Positions 1 through 7,984 of a stretch of DNA of 32,000 bases are shown here, one piece after another; the first letter of the stretch is position 1; each line of letters opens with the position of its first letter. The notes under the pieces were generated by a model. It did not search any database. It saw only the letters and a list, made by a program, of their open reading frames with translations, and was not told the origin of the DNA. The stretch comes from Limnohabitans parvus II-B4 (GTDB lineage Bacteria > Pseudomonadota > Gammaproteobacteria > Burkholderiales > Burkholderiaceae_C): positions 99,506-131,505 of the forward strand of contig NZ_NESN01000005.1 in the NCBI RefSeq assembly GCF_003063455.1, written 5' to 3'. Both the position numbers and the translations under genes were made by a program.

Positions 1-1115
1 GTGGCTTGTCCGTTGACGATACGGCGATAGTCACTGCGCTGCTGTTGGTAACCGATTTCGGAAAATACTGCCAACGTGGCATCAATTCGCTTTTCAAATG
101 CCACCCACAGGTTGGTGTTTTCGTAGCCCGGATAAAGGTAAGTGTCTCGCAGCTGGCTGGTCTGGCACTGGTGCCGTGGCCAACTTGTGTTTCTGCGGGT
201 CACGGTGTAATCGAAACCCGCAGGGCACAACGCTGGGTTGGTGCTGTTGCTCAGCAGTTGCGCCGGTGCGTTGTTCGGGATTATGTTCTGAGGCACAAAA
301 TACACTGGGTTGCCCTGTGCGTCTTCCCCATAAAGCTGTGGGCGAAGGTCTGTGTAAGCGCGGTCACGCATCCGCACCGGGTCACGTTGTTGCATTTCCA
401 GGTGCATGGACAAAGCGTAGCCATCCTGGTCCAGTTTGCCTTTGCCCAAGCTGATGCCTGCGCTGTAGCCATCGCCAGCACCTTGGGTGGTCAGTTTCTC
501 TGCACTCAAGCTGATTCCTGGGGCTTGCTGCAGCGTGATCAAATTGACAACGCCGGCGATCGCGTCACTGCCATAGATGGACGATGCACCGTCGGTCAGA
601 ATTTCGACCCGCTCAATGGCCCGCAGCGGCACCATCGACAAATCAACAGCAGTGCGGTCCACCTGAGGGCGCTGTTTGGCAAAAGAAGGGGCTCTGCGGC
701 CATTGATCAAGACCAGTGTGCCCGCTTCATAGCCATGAATCGCTGCAGATCGGTAGCCTCCTTGGCCGGAAATGTTGGTGCCGCCGGATTCGGTGTACGA
801 ATGCATCGATGACAGGCCCTGGATCAACTCGGGCACTGACTCTACCCCCATGCGCTCGATTTCCTTGCGGTCAATGACCCGCACTGGTAATGCTTCACGG
901 CTACGTGGGTTGATCACGCTGGAGCCGGTGATTTCCACCCGTCCAAATTGGCGGTGTTCGAGGGCTTGCTCGATCACCATGACCTCATGCTGAGCTTGTG
1001 CGCAAACAGGCCATAGGAGCACTGCGGCCAACCATCTCACCCAAAGACCGCATCCAAGGCAATCTAAGCCTAGCCACCGAGTTGTACTTGGTGCTTGATA
1101 CGCCATGTTTTTCAT
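1..1115 (-). CDS. TonB-dependent outer-membrane receptor, N-terminal portion (gene continues past the left edge)
   Basis: Open-ended, so absent from the ORF track. Hand translation of the reverse strand from the ATG (complement of 1113-1115) gives MKNMAYQ...RWLAAVLLWPVCAQAQHE, a signal peptide. Plug-domain signatures follow: RVEITGSSVINPR and ERVEILTDGASSIYGSDAIAGVVNLIT. Alternative starts are at 1106 or GTG 1040. Confidence 0.85.
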   Translation of the reverse strand, partial: MKNMAYQAPSTTRWLGLDCLGCGLWVRWLAAVLLWPVCAQAQHEVMVIEQALEHRQFGRVEITGSSVINPRSREALPVRVIDRKEIERMGVESVPELIQGLSSMHSYTESGGTNISGQGGYRSAAIHGYEAGTLVLINGRRAPSFAKQRPQVDRTAVDLSMVPLRAIERVEILTDGASSIYGSDAIAGVVNLITLQQAPGISLSAEKLTTQGAGDGYSAGISLGKGKLDQDGYALSMHLEMQQRDPVRMRDRAYTDLRPQLYGEDAQGNPVYFVPQNIIPNNAPAQLLSNSTNPALCPAGFDYTVTRRNTSWPRHQCQTSQLRDTYLYPGYENTNLWVAFEKRIDATLAVFSEIGYQQQRSDYRRIVNGQA

Positions 1116-1157
1116 CAGCAGCCCACGGTGAGAGTTTTTCTAAAGCAATTTTGAATT

Positions 1158-1176
1158 AAATTAGTTATTTATTATC
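1158..1176 (-). promoter_or_regulatory. Weak Fur-box-like AT-rich site upstream of the TonB-dependent receptor
   Basis: The reverse strand reads GATAATAAATAACTAATTT, about 10/19 matches to GATAATGATAATCATTATC. It lies 40-60 nt upstream of the receptor start. Confidence 0.25.
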
Positions 1177-1443
1177 CATTTTTATTTTGTGGTCAAAAAA
1201 ATGCCCCGAGCCTTGCGGCTTGGGGCAAATCCACCTTTTCAGAGGGTGGAGGAGACAATGGGGGCATGCAAAAAAGCACGCGTGTGCAGATTTTAGCTGG
1301 ATATTTGCTGCGTTGCAGCAAGTTGGGTGTATCAAATTGCAAAAACTTGCAAAGATCTTCATGTCAATCCGGTTTACGATCCGCTTCAAATTCACTTTTA
1401 ACGGTGCGCGCAAAGCTGCCGTACCCTTGCCAAGAAAGCACAT

Positions 1444-1896
1444 ATGGAATGCACAGTCACTTGGACCGGCGCTGCCGGCACCCGCTCCGGCATGGGGTTT
1501 TTGGCCGAAACAGGCTCAGGCCACGTGGTGGCCATGGACGGTGCCCCTGATGCCGCCAAACCCGAGAACGGCGGTCAAAACCTCGCTCCCCGCCCCATGG
1601 AAATGCTGCTGGCAGGTACCGGCGGATGCACGGCTTACGACGTGGTGCTCATCTTGAAGCGCGGCCGCCATGACGTGCGCGGCTGCAGCGTCAAAATCAG
1701 CAGCCAACGCGCCGAGGTCGACCCCAAGGTCTTCACCCGGATCAACATGCACTTCACCGTCACGGCCAAAGGCGTGCCCGCCAGCGCGGTGGAGCGAGCC
1801 ATTGCCATGAGCCACGACAAATACTGTTCGGCCAGCATCATGCTGAGCAAAACAGCCGAGATCACGACCAGTTTTGAAGTGGTGGAAGCCGTGTAA
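1444..1896 (+). CDS. OsmC/Ohr-family (peroxiredoxin-like) protein
   Basis: 150-aa ORF with two conserved Cys contexts (GGCTAYD and DKYCSAS) in the spacing typical of OsmC-fold proteins. High-GC host-type codon usage. Confidence 0.8.
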   Translation: MECTVTWTGAAGTRSGMGFLAETGSGHVVAMDGAPDAAKPENGGQNLAPRPMEMLLAGTGGCTAYDVVLILKRGRHDVRGCSVKISSQRAEVDPKVFTRINMHFTVTAKGVPASAVERAIAMSHDKYCSASIMLSKTAEITTSFEVVEAV

Positions 1897-1938
1897 AATT
1901 CAGAAAAATGGAATTGCTTTCCATAAATTCGGAAAATC

Positions 1939-3159
1939 ATGCTGGATCGCACACTCGCACAAGCCATTCGTCACGTTAGCCAAAACTTTCCTGTCTTGAT
2001 GGTCACAGGACCACGCCAAGTGGGGAAAACCACATTGCTAGAGATGTGCAGCGAAGGCAACAGGTCGTATGTCACGCTGGACGACATGGACATGCGCCGC
2101 CTCGCGCAACAAGACCCCGCCTTGTTTTTGCAGACTTGGCCTGCACCCGTCACTATCGACGAAGTGCAATACGCGCCTCAACTTTTCAGTGCCATCAAAA
2201 TGGCGGTGGACAAGGATCCGCGCAATGGACAGTTTTGGCTCACAGGCTCGCAAAAATTTCAACTCATGCAAGGCTTGACCGAAAGCTTGGCTGGGCGAGT
2301 GGCCATTGTGGATTTGTTGGGGCTGTCGCAGGCCGAGCAACAAGGACGAGCCAAGCAATCACAAGCTTTTATCCCAACCCCCGAATGGATCGCCCAAGCC
2401 CGTGCATTGGCCAAACCCATGACGCTCAAGGCTTTGTACGCACAAATTTGGATGGGCTCTTACCCCCGCTTGCAAACCCAAGGCGAGCAAAGCCGCGATG
2501 TTTTTTACCGATCGTATGTTCAAACCTATGTGCAGCGCGACGTGCGGGAGTTGCTCAAAGTATCAGACCCCTTGAGTTTTCACCGTTTCTTGGGCGTGGT
2601 AGCCGCCAGAACTGGGCAGTTGCTCAATTACGCCAATTTAGCCAATGAGTTGGACATCGACACCAAAACCGCCAAAGCCTGGTTGTCGGTTTTGGAGGCC
2701 TCCGGCCTTGTGTATTTGTTGCAGCCTTACCATCGCAACCTGACCAAACGCATGCTCAAGTCACCCAAGTTGTATTTTTTAGACACAGGTCTGGCCGCTT
2801 ACCTGACCAAATGGAGCACACCCGAAGCGCTGGAGGCGGGCAGCATGTCGGGCGCCATCCTAGAGACTTGGGCCGTGGCTGAAATCCTCAAAAGCTACTG
2901 GCACAACGGCAAAGAAGCGCCTCTGTACTTTTACCGTGACACCGATCAAAAAGAAATTGATCTGCTCATCGAATCGGACGATGTGATTTACCCGATCGAG
3001 ATCAAGAAAACCGGGACACCCTCCACGCAAGCCAGCAAGGCGTTTGCAGCCGCAGCCCATTTGGGCAAGACCGTGGGCCCGGGCGCTGTACTTTGTCTGA
3101 CGCCGCGCGACGTGCCTTTGTCGGACAGCGTCACGGCCATTCCCATGGGATATCTGTAA
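1939..3159 (+). CDS. AAA-family ATP-binding protein (AAA_14 plus DUF4143-type architecture)
   Basis: 406-aa ORF with Walker A GPRQVGKTTL near the N-terminus. Length and C-terminal region fit the DUF4143 ATPase family. Confidence 0.8.
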   Translation: MLDRTLAQAIRHVSQNFPVLMVTGPRQVGKTTLLEMCSEGNRSYVTLDDMDMRRLAQQDPALFLQTWPAPVTIDEVQYAPQLFSAIKMAVDKDPRNGQFWLTGSQKFQLMQGLTESLAGRVAIVDLLGLSQAEQQGRAKQSQAFIPTPEWIAQARALAKPMTLKALYAQIWMGSYPRLQTQGEQSRDVFYRSYVQTYVQRDVRELLKVSDPLSFHRFLGVVAARTGQLLNYANLANELDIDTKTAKAWLSVLEASGLVYLLQPYHRNLTKRMLKSPKLYFLDTGLAAYLTKWSTPEALEAGSMSGAILETWAVAEILKSYWHNGKEAPLYFYRDTDQKEIDLLIESDDVIYPIEIKKTGTPSTQASKAFAAAAHLGKTVGPGAVLCLTPRDVPLSDSVTAIPMGYL

Positions 3160-3182
3160 GTGGCTTAGCCAGCCAATGGGTG

Positions 3183-3809
3183 TCAAACCCGGTGCGCGAC
3201 CGTCGTCATCACCTTGGCGGCGGCCTGCATCAGGACTTTGACCGTGCCAGGCAGCTCCGTCGCCCCAGCCTTCATGGCCATCTGGGCGTGGGCGATCTCA
3301 TCGGTTTTCATTTGTGCCACGATAGCGCGTGACGCGCTGTCTGCTGCGGGCAGGCGGTCCATGTGGCTTTGCAAATGGGCTTCCACCTGCCGCTCGGTCT
3401 CGACCACAAAGCCCAAGCTCACCCGGTCGCCGCCCAGCTTGCCTGCGGCATAGCCTATGGCGAACGCACCGGCGTACCACAGCGGGTTCAAGAGAGAGGG
3501 GCGGTCGTTCAGGTCATCAAGCCGCTGCTTCGTCCAAGCCAAGTGGTCCGTTTCTTCGCGGCTGGCTTCGGCCAATTGGGCTCGCAAGGCGGGGTCTTGG
3601 CAGGCCAGGGCCTGACCGGTGTAGAGCGCCTGAGCGCACACTTCTCCCACATGGTTAACGCGCATCAGAGCGGCAGCCTCGCGGCGCTCGGTGTCAGACA
3701 TCTCAATGCCCATGGCTGGGGCTTGTGGCGTTGGGCGGCTGGCACGTGGTGCAGCCCACAAAGTGCGCAGGGCACTGTCAGCGGCAAGGATCAAAGCGTT
3801 GAGCGACAT
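3183..3809 (-). CDS. coq7: Demethoxyubiquinone hydroxylase (2-nonaprenyl-3-methyl-6-methoxy-1,4-benzoquinol hydroxylase), Coq7 family
   Basis: 208-aa ORF with di-iron carboxylate motifs typical of Coq7: [37 protein letters not shown]. Confidence 0.85.
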   Translation of the reverse strand: MSLNALILAADSALRTLWAAPRASRPTPQAPAMGIEMSDTERREAAALMRVNHVGEVCAQALYTGQALACQDPALRAQLAEASREETDHLAWTKQRLDDLNDRPSLLNPLWYAGAFAIGYAAGKLGGDRVSLGFVVETERQVEAHLQSHMDRLPAADSASRAIVAQMKTDEIAHAQMAMKAGATELPGTVKVLMQAAAKVMTTVAHRV

Positions 3810-3924
3810 GCAGAAAGTTTACCCTTTCAGCCGTTGTGCCTCGTCGCAGGGTTGAAAGTCGGCATTCATGCCCAAAGGAAGATTGCACGCTTCATCTGCT
3901 TGATTGAATAGTCTTTTGAAGTTG

Positions 3925-3953
3925 TTGAATTTATTGATAAAAATCTTAAAAAT
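3925..3953 (+). promoter_or_regulatory. Candidate sigma70 promoter of the expressed porin (TTGAAT-N17-AAAAAT) in an AT-rich tract
   Basis: TTGAAT at 3925-3930, a 17-nt spacer, then AAAAAT at 3948-3953. This upstream region is unique to the first porin copy. A second candidate -10 (TTTAAAC near 4133-4142) also exists. Confidence 0.3.
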
Positions 3954-4156
3954 ATCCGGTGAAAGTGCCTGATTGGGGGTGTTTTGTTGCATCAATGCAA
4001 CGAAAAAGACCTTTATTCTTTGAATCGCTTGGAAAAGGCGGTTTGCTCTGGTGCAATACGCTCAACCTTCCGAAATTGGAGGTTGGCTTAGTGTTTAGAC
4101 AGGTGATGTTCACCCCACGAACCCCAAGCTCTTTTTTAAACTTTGGAGAACTCTCA

Positions 4157-5200
4157 ATGAAAAAAACTCTGATTGCTCTGGCTGCTGTTGCTGCCACCGG
4201 CGCTGCTTTCGCACAATCCACCGTGACTTTGTTCGGCGTGGCTGATACTGCCGTTACCTACACAAAAACAGGCGCAGCTAAGAAGACATCCATGACAACC
4301 AGCGGCCTGAACTCCAGCCGCATCGGTTTCCGTGGTGAAGAAGACTTGGGCGGCGGCATGAAAGCTGCCTTCCACATGGAAGCTGGCGTGAACACTGACA
4401 ACGGCACTGGCGCTGGCACAAACACAAACAACCAAGCTGCTGGTCAAATCGCAGGCACTACAACAGTTGGCTCGCAAGGCCTGACTTTCAACCGTCGCAT
4501 GACTGCCAGCTTGATGGGTGGTTTCGGCGAGTTGCGCGTTGGCCGTGACTACACACCTTTGTTCTGGAACCAGACTGTGTTTGATCCGTTCGGCACCAAC
4601 GGTGTTGGCGCATCGCAAGCCAACGCAGCTGCTAACCCAGCCTCTTTGGTTGTTGGCGTGCGTGCTTCCAACAGCATCGGCTACATGTCACCTTCTTTCA
4701 ACGGCTTCCAAGTCCAGTTGCAAACTTTCTTGGGTGAAAACGCATCCAACGACGCCGCTACCGGTAAAAACTCTGGTTCCGGCAATGGCCTGCGCGCCAC
4801 TTACGCTCAGGGTCCTGTGAGCCTTGCTTTGGCAACTGCCAAGTACGACACAGATTTGAACGTCAAACACGAAGGCACCAACTTCGGCGCTTCTTATGAT
4901 CTGGGCGTTGCCAAGATCATGGCTGTTTACTCGCAAGACCAAGACTCCACAAGCGGCGTTGACGCTGCCAAAGTCAAAGGTACTTTGATTGGCTTGACAG
5001 CTCCCCTGGGTGCTGGTGTTGCCAAGGCTGCATGGTCCAACTCCAAGCAAGGCGCTACAGTTGACACTGACAAATTTGCTGTTGGCTATGTTTACAACTT
5101 GAGCAAGCGTACAAGCATTTACACAACATTTGCTAACACCAAGCCAAAAACTGGCGACAAGACTACAGGTTTCGACCTGGGTCTGTCCCACTCCTTCTAA
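4157..5200 (+). CDS. Gram-negative general porin (Omp32/OmpC-like), the only copy with RBS, ATG and a complete signal peptide
   Basis: GGAGAA RBS at 4145-4150, ATG at 4157. Signal peptide MKKTLIALAAVAATGAAFA|QSTV. Conserved GFRGEEDLGGG motif and C-terminal ...GLSHSF (terminal Phe). The track ORF starting at 3959 is an in-frame upstream extension. Confidence 0.95.
   Translation: MKKTLIALAAVAATGAAFAQSTVTLFGVADTAVTYTKTGAAKKTSMTTSGLNSSRIGFRGEEDLGGGMKAAFHMEAGVNTDNGTGAGTNTNNQAAGQIAGTTTVGSQGLTFNRRMTASLMGGFGELRVGRDYTPLFWNQTVFDPFGTNGVGASQANAAANPASLVVGVRASNSIGYMSPSFNGFQVQLQTFLGENASNDAATGKNSGSGNGLRATYAQGPVSLALATAKYDTDLNVKHEGTNFGASYDLGVAKIMAVYSQDQDSTSGVDAAKVKGTLIGLTAPLGAGVAKAAWSNSKQGATVDTDKFAVGYVYNLSKRTSIYTTFANTKPKTGDKTTGFDLGLSHSF
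4173..4236 (+). repeat. Candidate att core copy 1 (attL-like), inside the signal-peptide codons of the expressed porin
   Basis: 64 bp identical to 11184-11247. The first 25 bp are identical to 25304-25328 and the first 12 bp (TTGCTCTGGCTG) to 18473-18484. All copies are in direct orientation. Confidence 0.6.
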
Positions 5201-5206
5201 TTTGAC

Positions 5207-5272
5207 GCTGGCGCAAGCCAGCTGAGAGTTAAAAGCTTAAAACCCCACCGTGGCAACACGGTGGGTTTTTTC
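5207..5272 (+). terminator. Porin terminator module: GNRA-looped hairpin plus rho-independent terminator
   Basis: GCTGGC-GCAA-GCCAGC at 5207-5222. Then CCCACCGTG-GCAA-CACGGTGGG at 5244-5265, followed by TTTTTT. Confidence 0.85.
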
Positions 5273-5347
5273 TTGCCTGCACGCTGTGCGGCAGTCATGA
5301 AACAACGGTGAGCAAGGGAAAACACTGGTGCTGCACAGTGTTGTTGC

Positions 5348-5356
5348 TGATAAATT
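5348..5356 (+). promoter_or_regulatory. Extended -10-like promoter (TGATAAATT) for the small basic-protein gene
   Basis: The same TGATAAAT motif sits at the same relative position in elements B (12444-12451) and C (19733-19740). It is preceded by the conserved inverted repeat AACACTG...CAGTGTT (5321-5342). Confidence 0.4.
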
Positions 5357-5389
5357 TAACAAATCAACAACACCAACTTGGAGCGAGAC

Positions 5390-5629
5390 ATGGCTACAGC
5401 AGCAGACTTGGCAGCAAAAAAGAAGGCGGCAGAAGATGCAACAGCGGCATATCAAGCAGCAGTTGATGCAGCACGCGAAGAAGATTTGAAGACTGCAAAG
5501 GCACTTATTGAATTGCACGAATTCAAAGTTGCAGACTTGAAGCCTGAACTGAAATTAACACGTACGCCAGCAAAGAAGGCTGCAACTAAAAAGCCTGCAG
5601 CCAAGAAGTCATCACGCCACAAAAGTTGA
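5390..5629 (+). CDS. Small coiled-coil protein with Lys/Ala/Pro/Thr-rich basic tail (resembles an H-NS N-terminal domain but lacks the canonical DNA-binding domain)
   Basis: GGAG RBS then ATG at 5390. The sequence MATAADLAAKKKAAED...ALIELHEFKVADLKPE...TPAKKAATKKPAAKKSSRHKS has paralogs at the same position in elements B and C. Confidence 0.7.
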   Translation: MATAADLAAKKKAAEDATAAYQAAVDAAREEDLKTAKALIELHEFKVADLKPELKLTRTPAKKAATKKPAAKKSSRHKS

Positions 5630-5672
5630 GCGCACTGATGCGCTGCATGCTCAGTACTCAGCGCAGATATGG

Positions 5673-6581
5673 TTGACGCGGATTGCCAAACGCATCGACG
5701 ATCTGCACTATCAAAACTTCCATGTGCCAGTGTTGCAGCACCAAGAGCGTGTGCTGCGCGAAATGGGCTGTAACCAACAGTACCAAGTTGGTCATGTACA
5801 TGCAGACGCTGACTACGTGGATGCACAAGAGCGGTACACATATACAACACCCACTTGGCCTTTGCGTGCAGAGTTGACGGCGCAGCAAGTTCAGCAACTG
5901 CAAGCCATCAACTCAGCAGTACGTGCAGCGCTGCAACACAGGACAATCACACTGTCGCAGCTGCGCCGTGCATTGACACCACAACAGTTGCAAGAGTTTG
6001 CAGCAAGTTTGGCAGATGTGCATGAACCCAGTGAAATCATGTACGGCGGCGGCATGCCAGAACCACTGCGCGACTACAACGCTGCATTGAGAGCAGCAGA
6101 TTTCGCATGGTCAAGATTTGAAGCACAACCAACAACACCAAGACACAACGCACTCAGCGTAAAAAAAGCAGGTGCGAGCATGGAAGATCGCGCCATCAGT
6201 TTATATGAACATGCGATTGAGCGGTTGGCTGACATTTTTACCAGTGCACAGCGTGGTGATTACGGTGCAGGCATGTATGGCGAGTTGCAAACATGGATGG
6301 ACAGAACAGTTGAGTTCGATTCGCTGATGCCGAATGCAGTTGACACCAATCCATATGCAATGCCGCGAGTGCGCGGGAGTAAATCACGTTATGCACAAGA
6401 CTCAGGATTGCCCAAGCTGAGCAAACGCATCAAGCGTGAGTACTGTGCATTGATTTCGCTTCTGGTTGCAGGATGTGAATTGGCGTTTGTGTTACCTGTG
6501 CAGAAACCACAAGCCATGACACATCAAGAACAACAGCAGCAGCGTGACAAGCTTCGCATGCTGTTGCGCAAGCTCAAGTGA
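5673..6581 (+). CDS. Hypothetical protein, 302 aa (paralog of 20103-20990)
   Basis: Long ORF. Shares blocks with the element C paralog: RIDDLHYQNF/RILELEYINY and PRVRGSKSRYAQDSGLPKLSKRIKREYCAL/PRVKGSTSHYALDAGLPKLSVRLKREQCVL. Start codon uncertain (TTG 5673). Confidence 0.65.
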   Translation: MTRIAKRIDDLHYQNFHVPVLQHQERVLREMGCNQQYQVGHVHADADYVDAQERYTYTTPTWPLRAELTAQQVQQLQAINSAVRAALQHRTITLSQLRRALTPQQLQEFAASLADVHEPSEIMYGGGMPEPLRDYNAALRAADFAWSRFEAQPTTPRHNALSVKKAGASMEDRAISLYEHAIERLADIFTSAQRGDYGAGMYGELQTWMDRTVEFDSLMPNAVDTNPYAMPRVRGSKSRYAQDSGLPKLSKRIKREYCALISLLVAGCELAFVLPVQKPQAMTHQEQQQQRDKLRMLLRKLK

Positions 6582-6590
6582 GTGTCGCTG

Positions 6591-7157
6591 TCAAACCATT
6601 TCCACAGCGTTGCGCTTCATGTCGTCGTTGACGTCGATGTATTTTTGGGTCACAGCAATGCTGCGGTGTCCCGCTAACTCAGCCAACACCCGCACGCCAA
6701 TGCCACGTGATGCCAGCAAAGTTATGAATGATCTCCTCATCGAATGTGAGCTGGCTCCAGCAATGCCCGCACGCTTGAACAAGTAGTGAAAGTGCTGCGC
6801 CATCACGTTGGCGCTGAAGCGCTTGCGCCCCGCAGTGATGAACAGGGGGTTGGTAGCTGGAACAAGTCCACGCAGGTCCAAGTAGGCTTGCAGTTCATCA
6901 CGAAGCTTCTGCGGCAAGAACACTGTGCGTGGATGACGTCCCTTGGTCTGCGCCGCAGTGAGGCGTATTTCTGCACGCACACTGCCATCTGTGTTGCGCA
7001 CGTCACCCACTGAGAGACTGGCGATTTCTCCTACGCGAACGCCTGACCACAAGCCTGTCAAAAACATCACTCTATTGCGCATGGCGTAGCTGCGCGGTTG
7101 GATGTATTGCAGCACTTGTTCAATTTCTGCAGGGGTCAGTGTTTTGGCTTGGCTCAT
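6591..7157 (-). CDS. Small (about 188 aa) tyrosine recombinase, catalytic domain only, FimB/FimE-like size
   Basis: Catalytic residue contexts: GVRVGEI (Arg), HSMRRSF (His-x-x-Arg), LAGHRSIAVTQKY (His and Tyr). Start chosen at MSQAKTLT by alignment with the B and C paralogs (MAQAK, MAAAK). Confidence 0.85.
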   Translation of the reverse strand: MSQAKTLTPAEIEQVLQYIQPRSYAMRNRVMFLTGLWSGVRVGEIASLSVGDVRNTDGSVRAEIRLTAAQTKGRHPRTVFLPQKLRDELQAYLDLRGLVPATNPLFITAGRKRFSANVMAQHFHYLFKRAGIAGASSHSMRRSFITLLASRGIGVRVLAELAGHRSIAVTQKYIDVNDDMKRNAVEMV

Positions 7158-7474
7158 GGTGTGTTGGGTGTTTTTCAAATCGTTGCAGTCCTTTTAGTGT
7201 GTTTGGTTTGATGTTTTTGGGCGACCAATGCCCCGAAAAAATCACGGGGCAAATTTCCGTAATGATTTCAACCAGGTAAACCTAATCGTGATTTCATTTG
7301 GTGCTGTATTTATGTCGCGCCGCATGCAAGTTGTGCGAACTGCGCTACATCTCGCCAGCGATTGCATAAAACAGCGCTGCAGCGCTTGTGCGGAGTTCCA
7401 GCTACGTGGGGTGCTGGACTGGCGTGATCGCTGCGCACAGCGCTGATTTGAGGTGTGGGCTGCTGTAGTGTGAG

Positions 7475-7509
7475 CACTGCGCCAGCAAGACGGGACTGCT
7501 GGCGCAGTG
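7475..7509. repeat. Perfect 13-bp-stem hairpin (CACTGCGCCAGCA-N9-TGCTGGCGCAGTG)
   Basis: Read directly. Lies in the 430-bp noncoding gap between the small recombinase and the 118-aa ORF. Confidence 0.6.
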
Positions 7510-7612
7510 TCCACACATGCATGCATGCCCCGCAGGGTACACGGGTTACAGGTCGCACGTGAGCACAAGAGAGTCAACACTGCGCTGATGTTCTACATCT
7601 AAACGCACTGAA

Positions 7613-7969
7613 ATGAATGAATTTGAACCAGCCCAACTCGATCTGTTCACAGGCACTGAGCGCTACTACCGTATCACTCGCAGGTGCTTGCTAACAGATG
7701 GCACCAAATACCTCGCAGATGCAGCAGGTGCCTATTGGCTCATGGATGCCATTGCCAGCCATTTGCATGAAATTGGAACTGCGGATTGGTTTGTGCTCGT
7801 GCGCATGCATGTAACCAACACTCATGCGGTCATGACCTACGAGGATGGTCGTGGTCATGAGCACGCAACTCAAGTGATTGGCTACACAGACTTTCCCATG
7901 GCTTCAGTGACCATTTACGCCTGCTGGGACAGTGAGCATTGGGTGCTGATGTTGCCCACTGAGTATTGA
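7613..7969 (+). CDS. Hypothetical protein, DUF6876-like (family common on plasmids and ICEs), present in element A only
   Basis: 118-aa ORF. LTDGTKYLADAAGAYWLMDAIASH and a C-terminal VLMLPTEY resemble my recollection of DUF6876 proteins. Confidence 0.5.
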   Translation: MNEFEPAQLDLFTGTERYYRITRRCLLTDGTKYLADAAGAYWLMDAIASHLHEIGTADWFVLVRMHVTNTHAVMTYEDGRGHEHATQVIGYTDFPMASVTIYACWDSEHWVLMLPTEY

Positions 7970-7984
7970 AGTGATTGCACAAAC

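Noticed and set aside
6-812. 268-aa + strand ORF (and 772-993) at the left edge
   Set aside because: The sequence is low-complexity and odd. The opposite strand translates into an unmistakable TonB-dependent receptor plug domain. These ORFs are antisense shadows.
3959-4156. In-frame N-terminal extension of the first porin (the track ORF starts at 3959)
   Set aside because: A canonical RBS, ATG and signal peptide begin at 4157. The upstream part is AT-rich promoter or leader sequence.
4100-4200. A tRNA or tmRNA gene as the integration target
   Set aside because: No cloverleaf-like sequence is present at either island boundary. The repeats lie within porin signal-peptide codons.
5793-5801. 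HVH (HUH-like) motif in the 302-aa protein, hinting at a rolling-circle Rep
   Set aside because: The motif is not conserved in the element C paralog, and there is no accompanying conserved Tyr motif.
7228-7580. Small ORFs in intergenic gaps of the elements (7228-7446, 7242-7580, 13172-13393, 21704-21967, 21989-22174)
   Set aside because: They have no RBS, no conservation between the paralogous elements, and Cys/Arg-rich composition.
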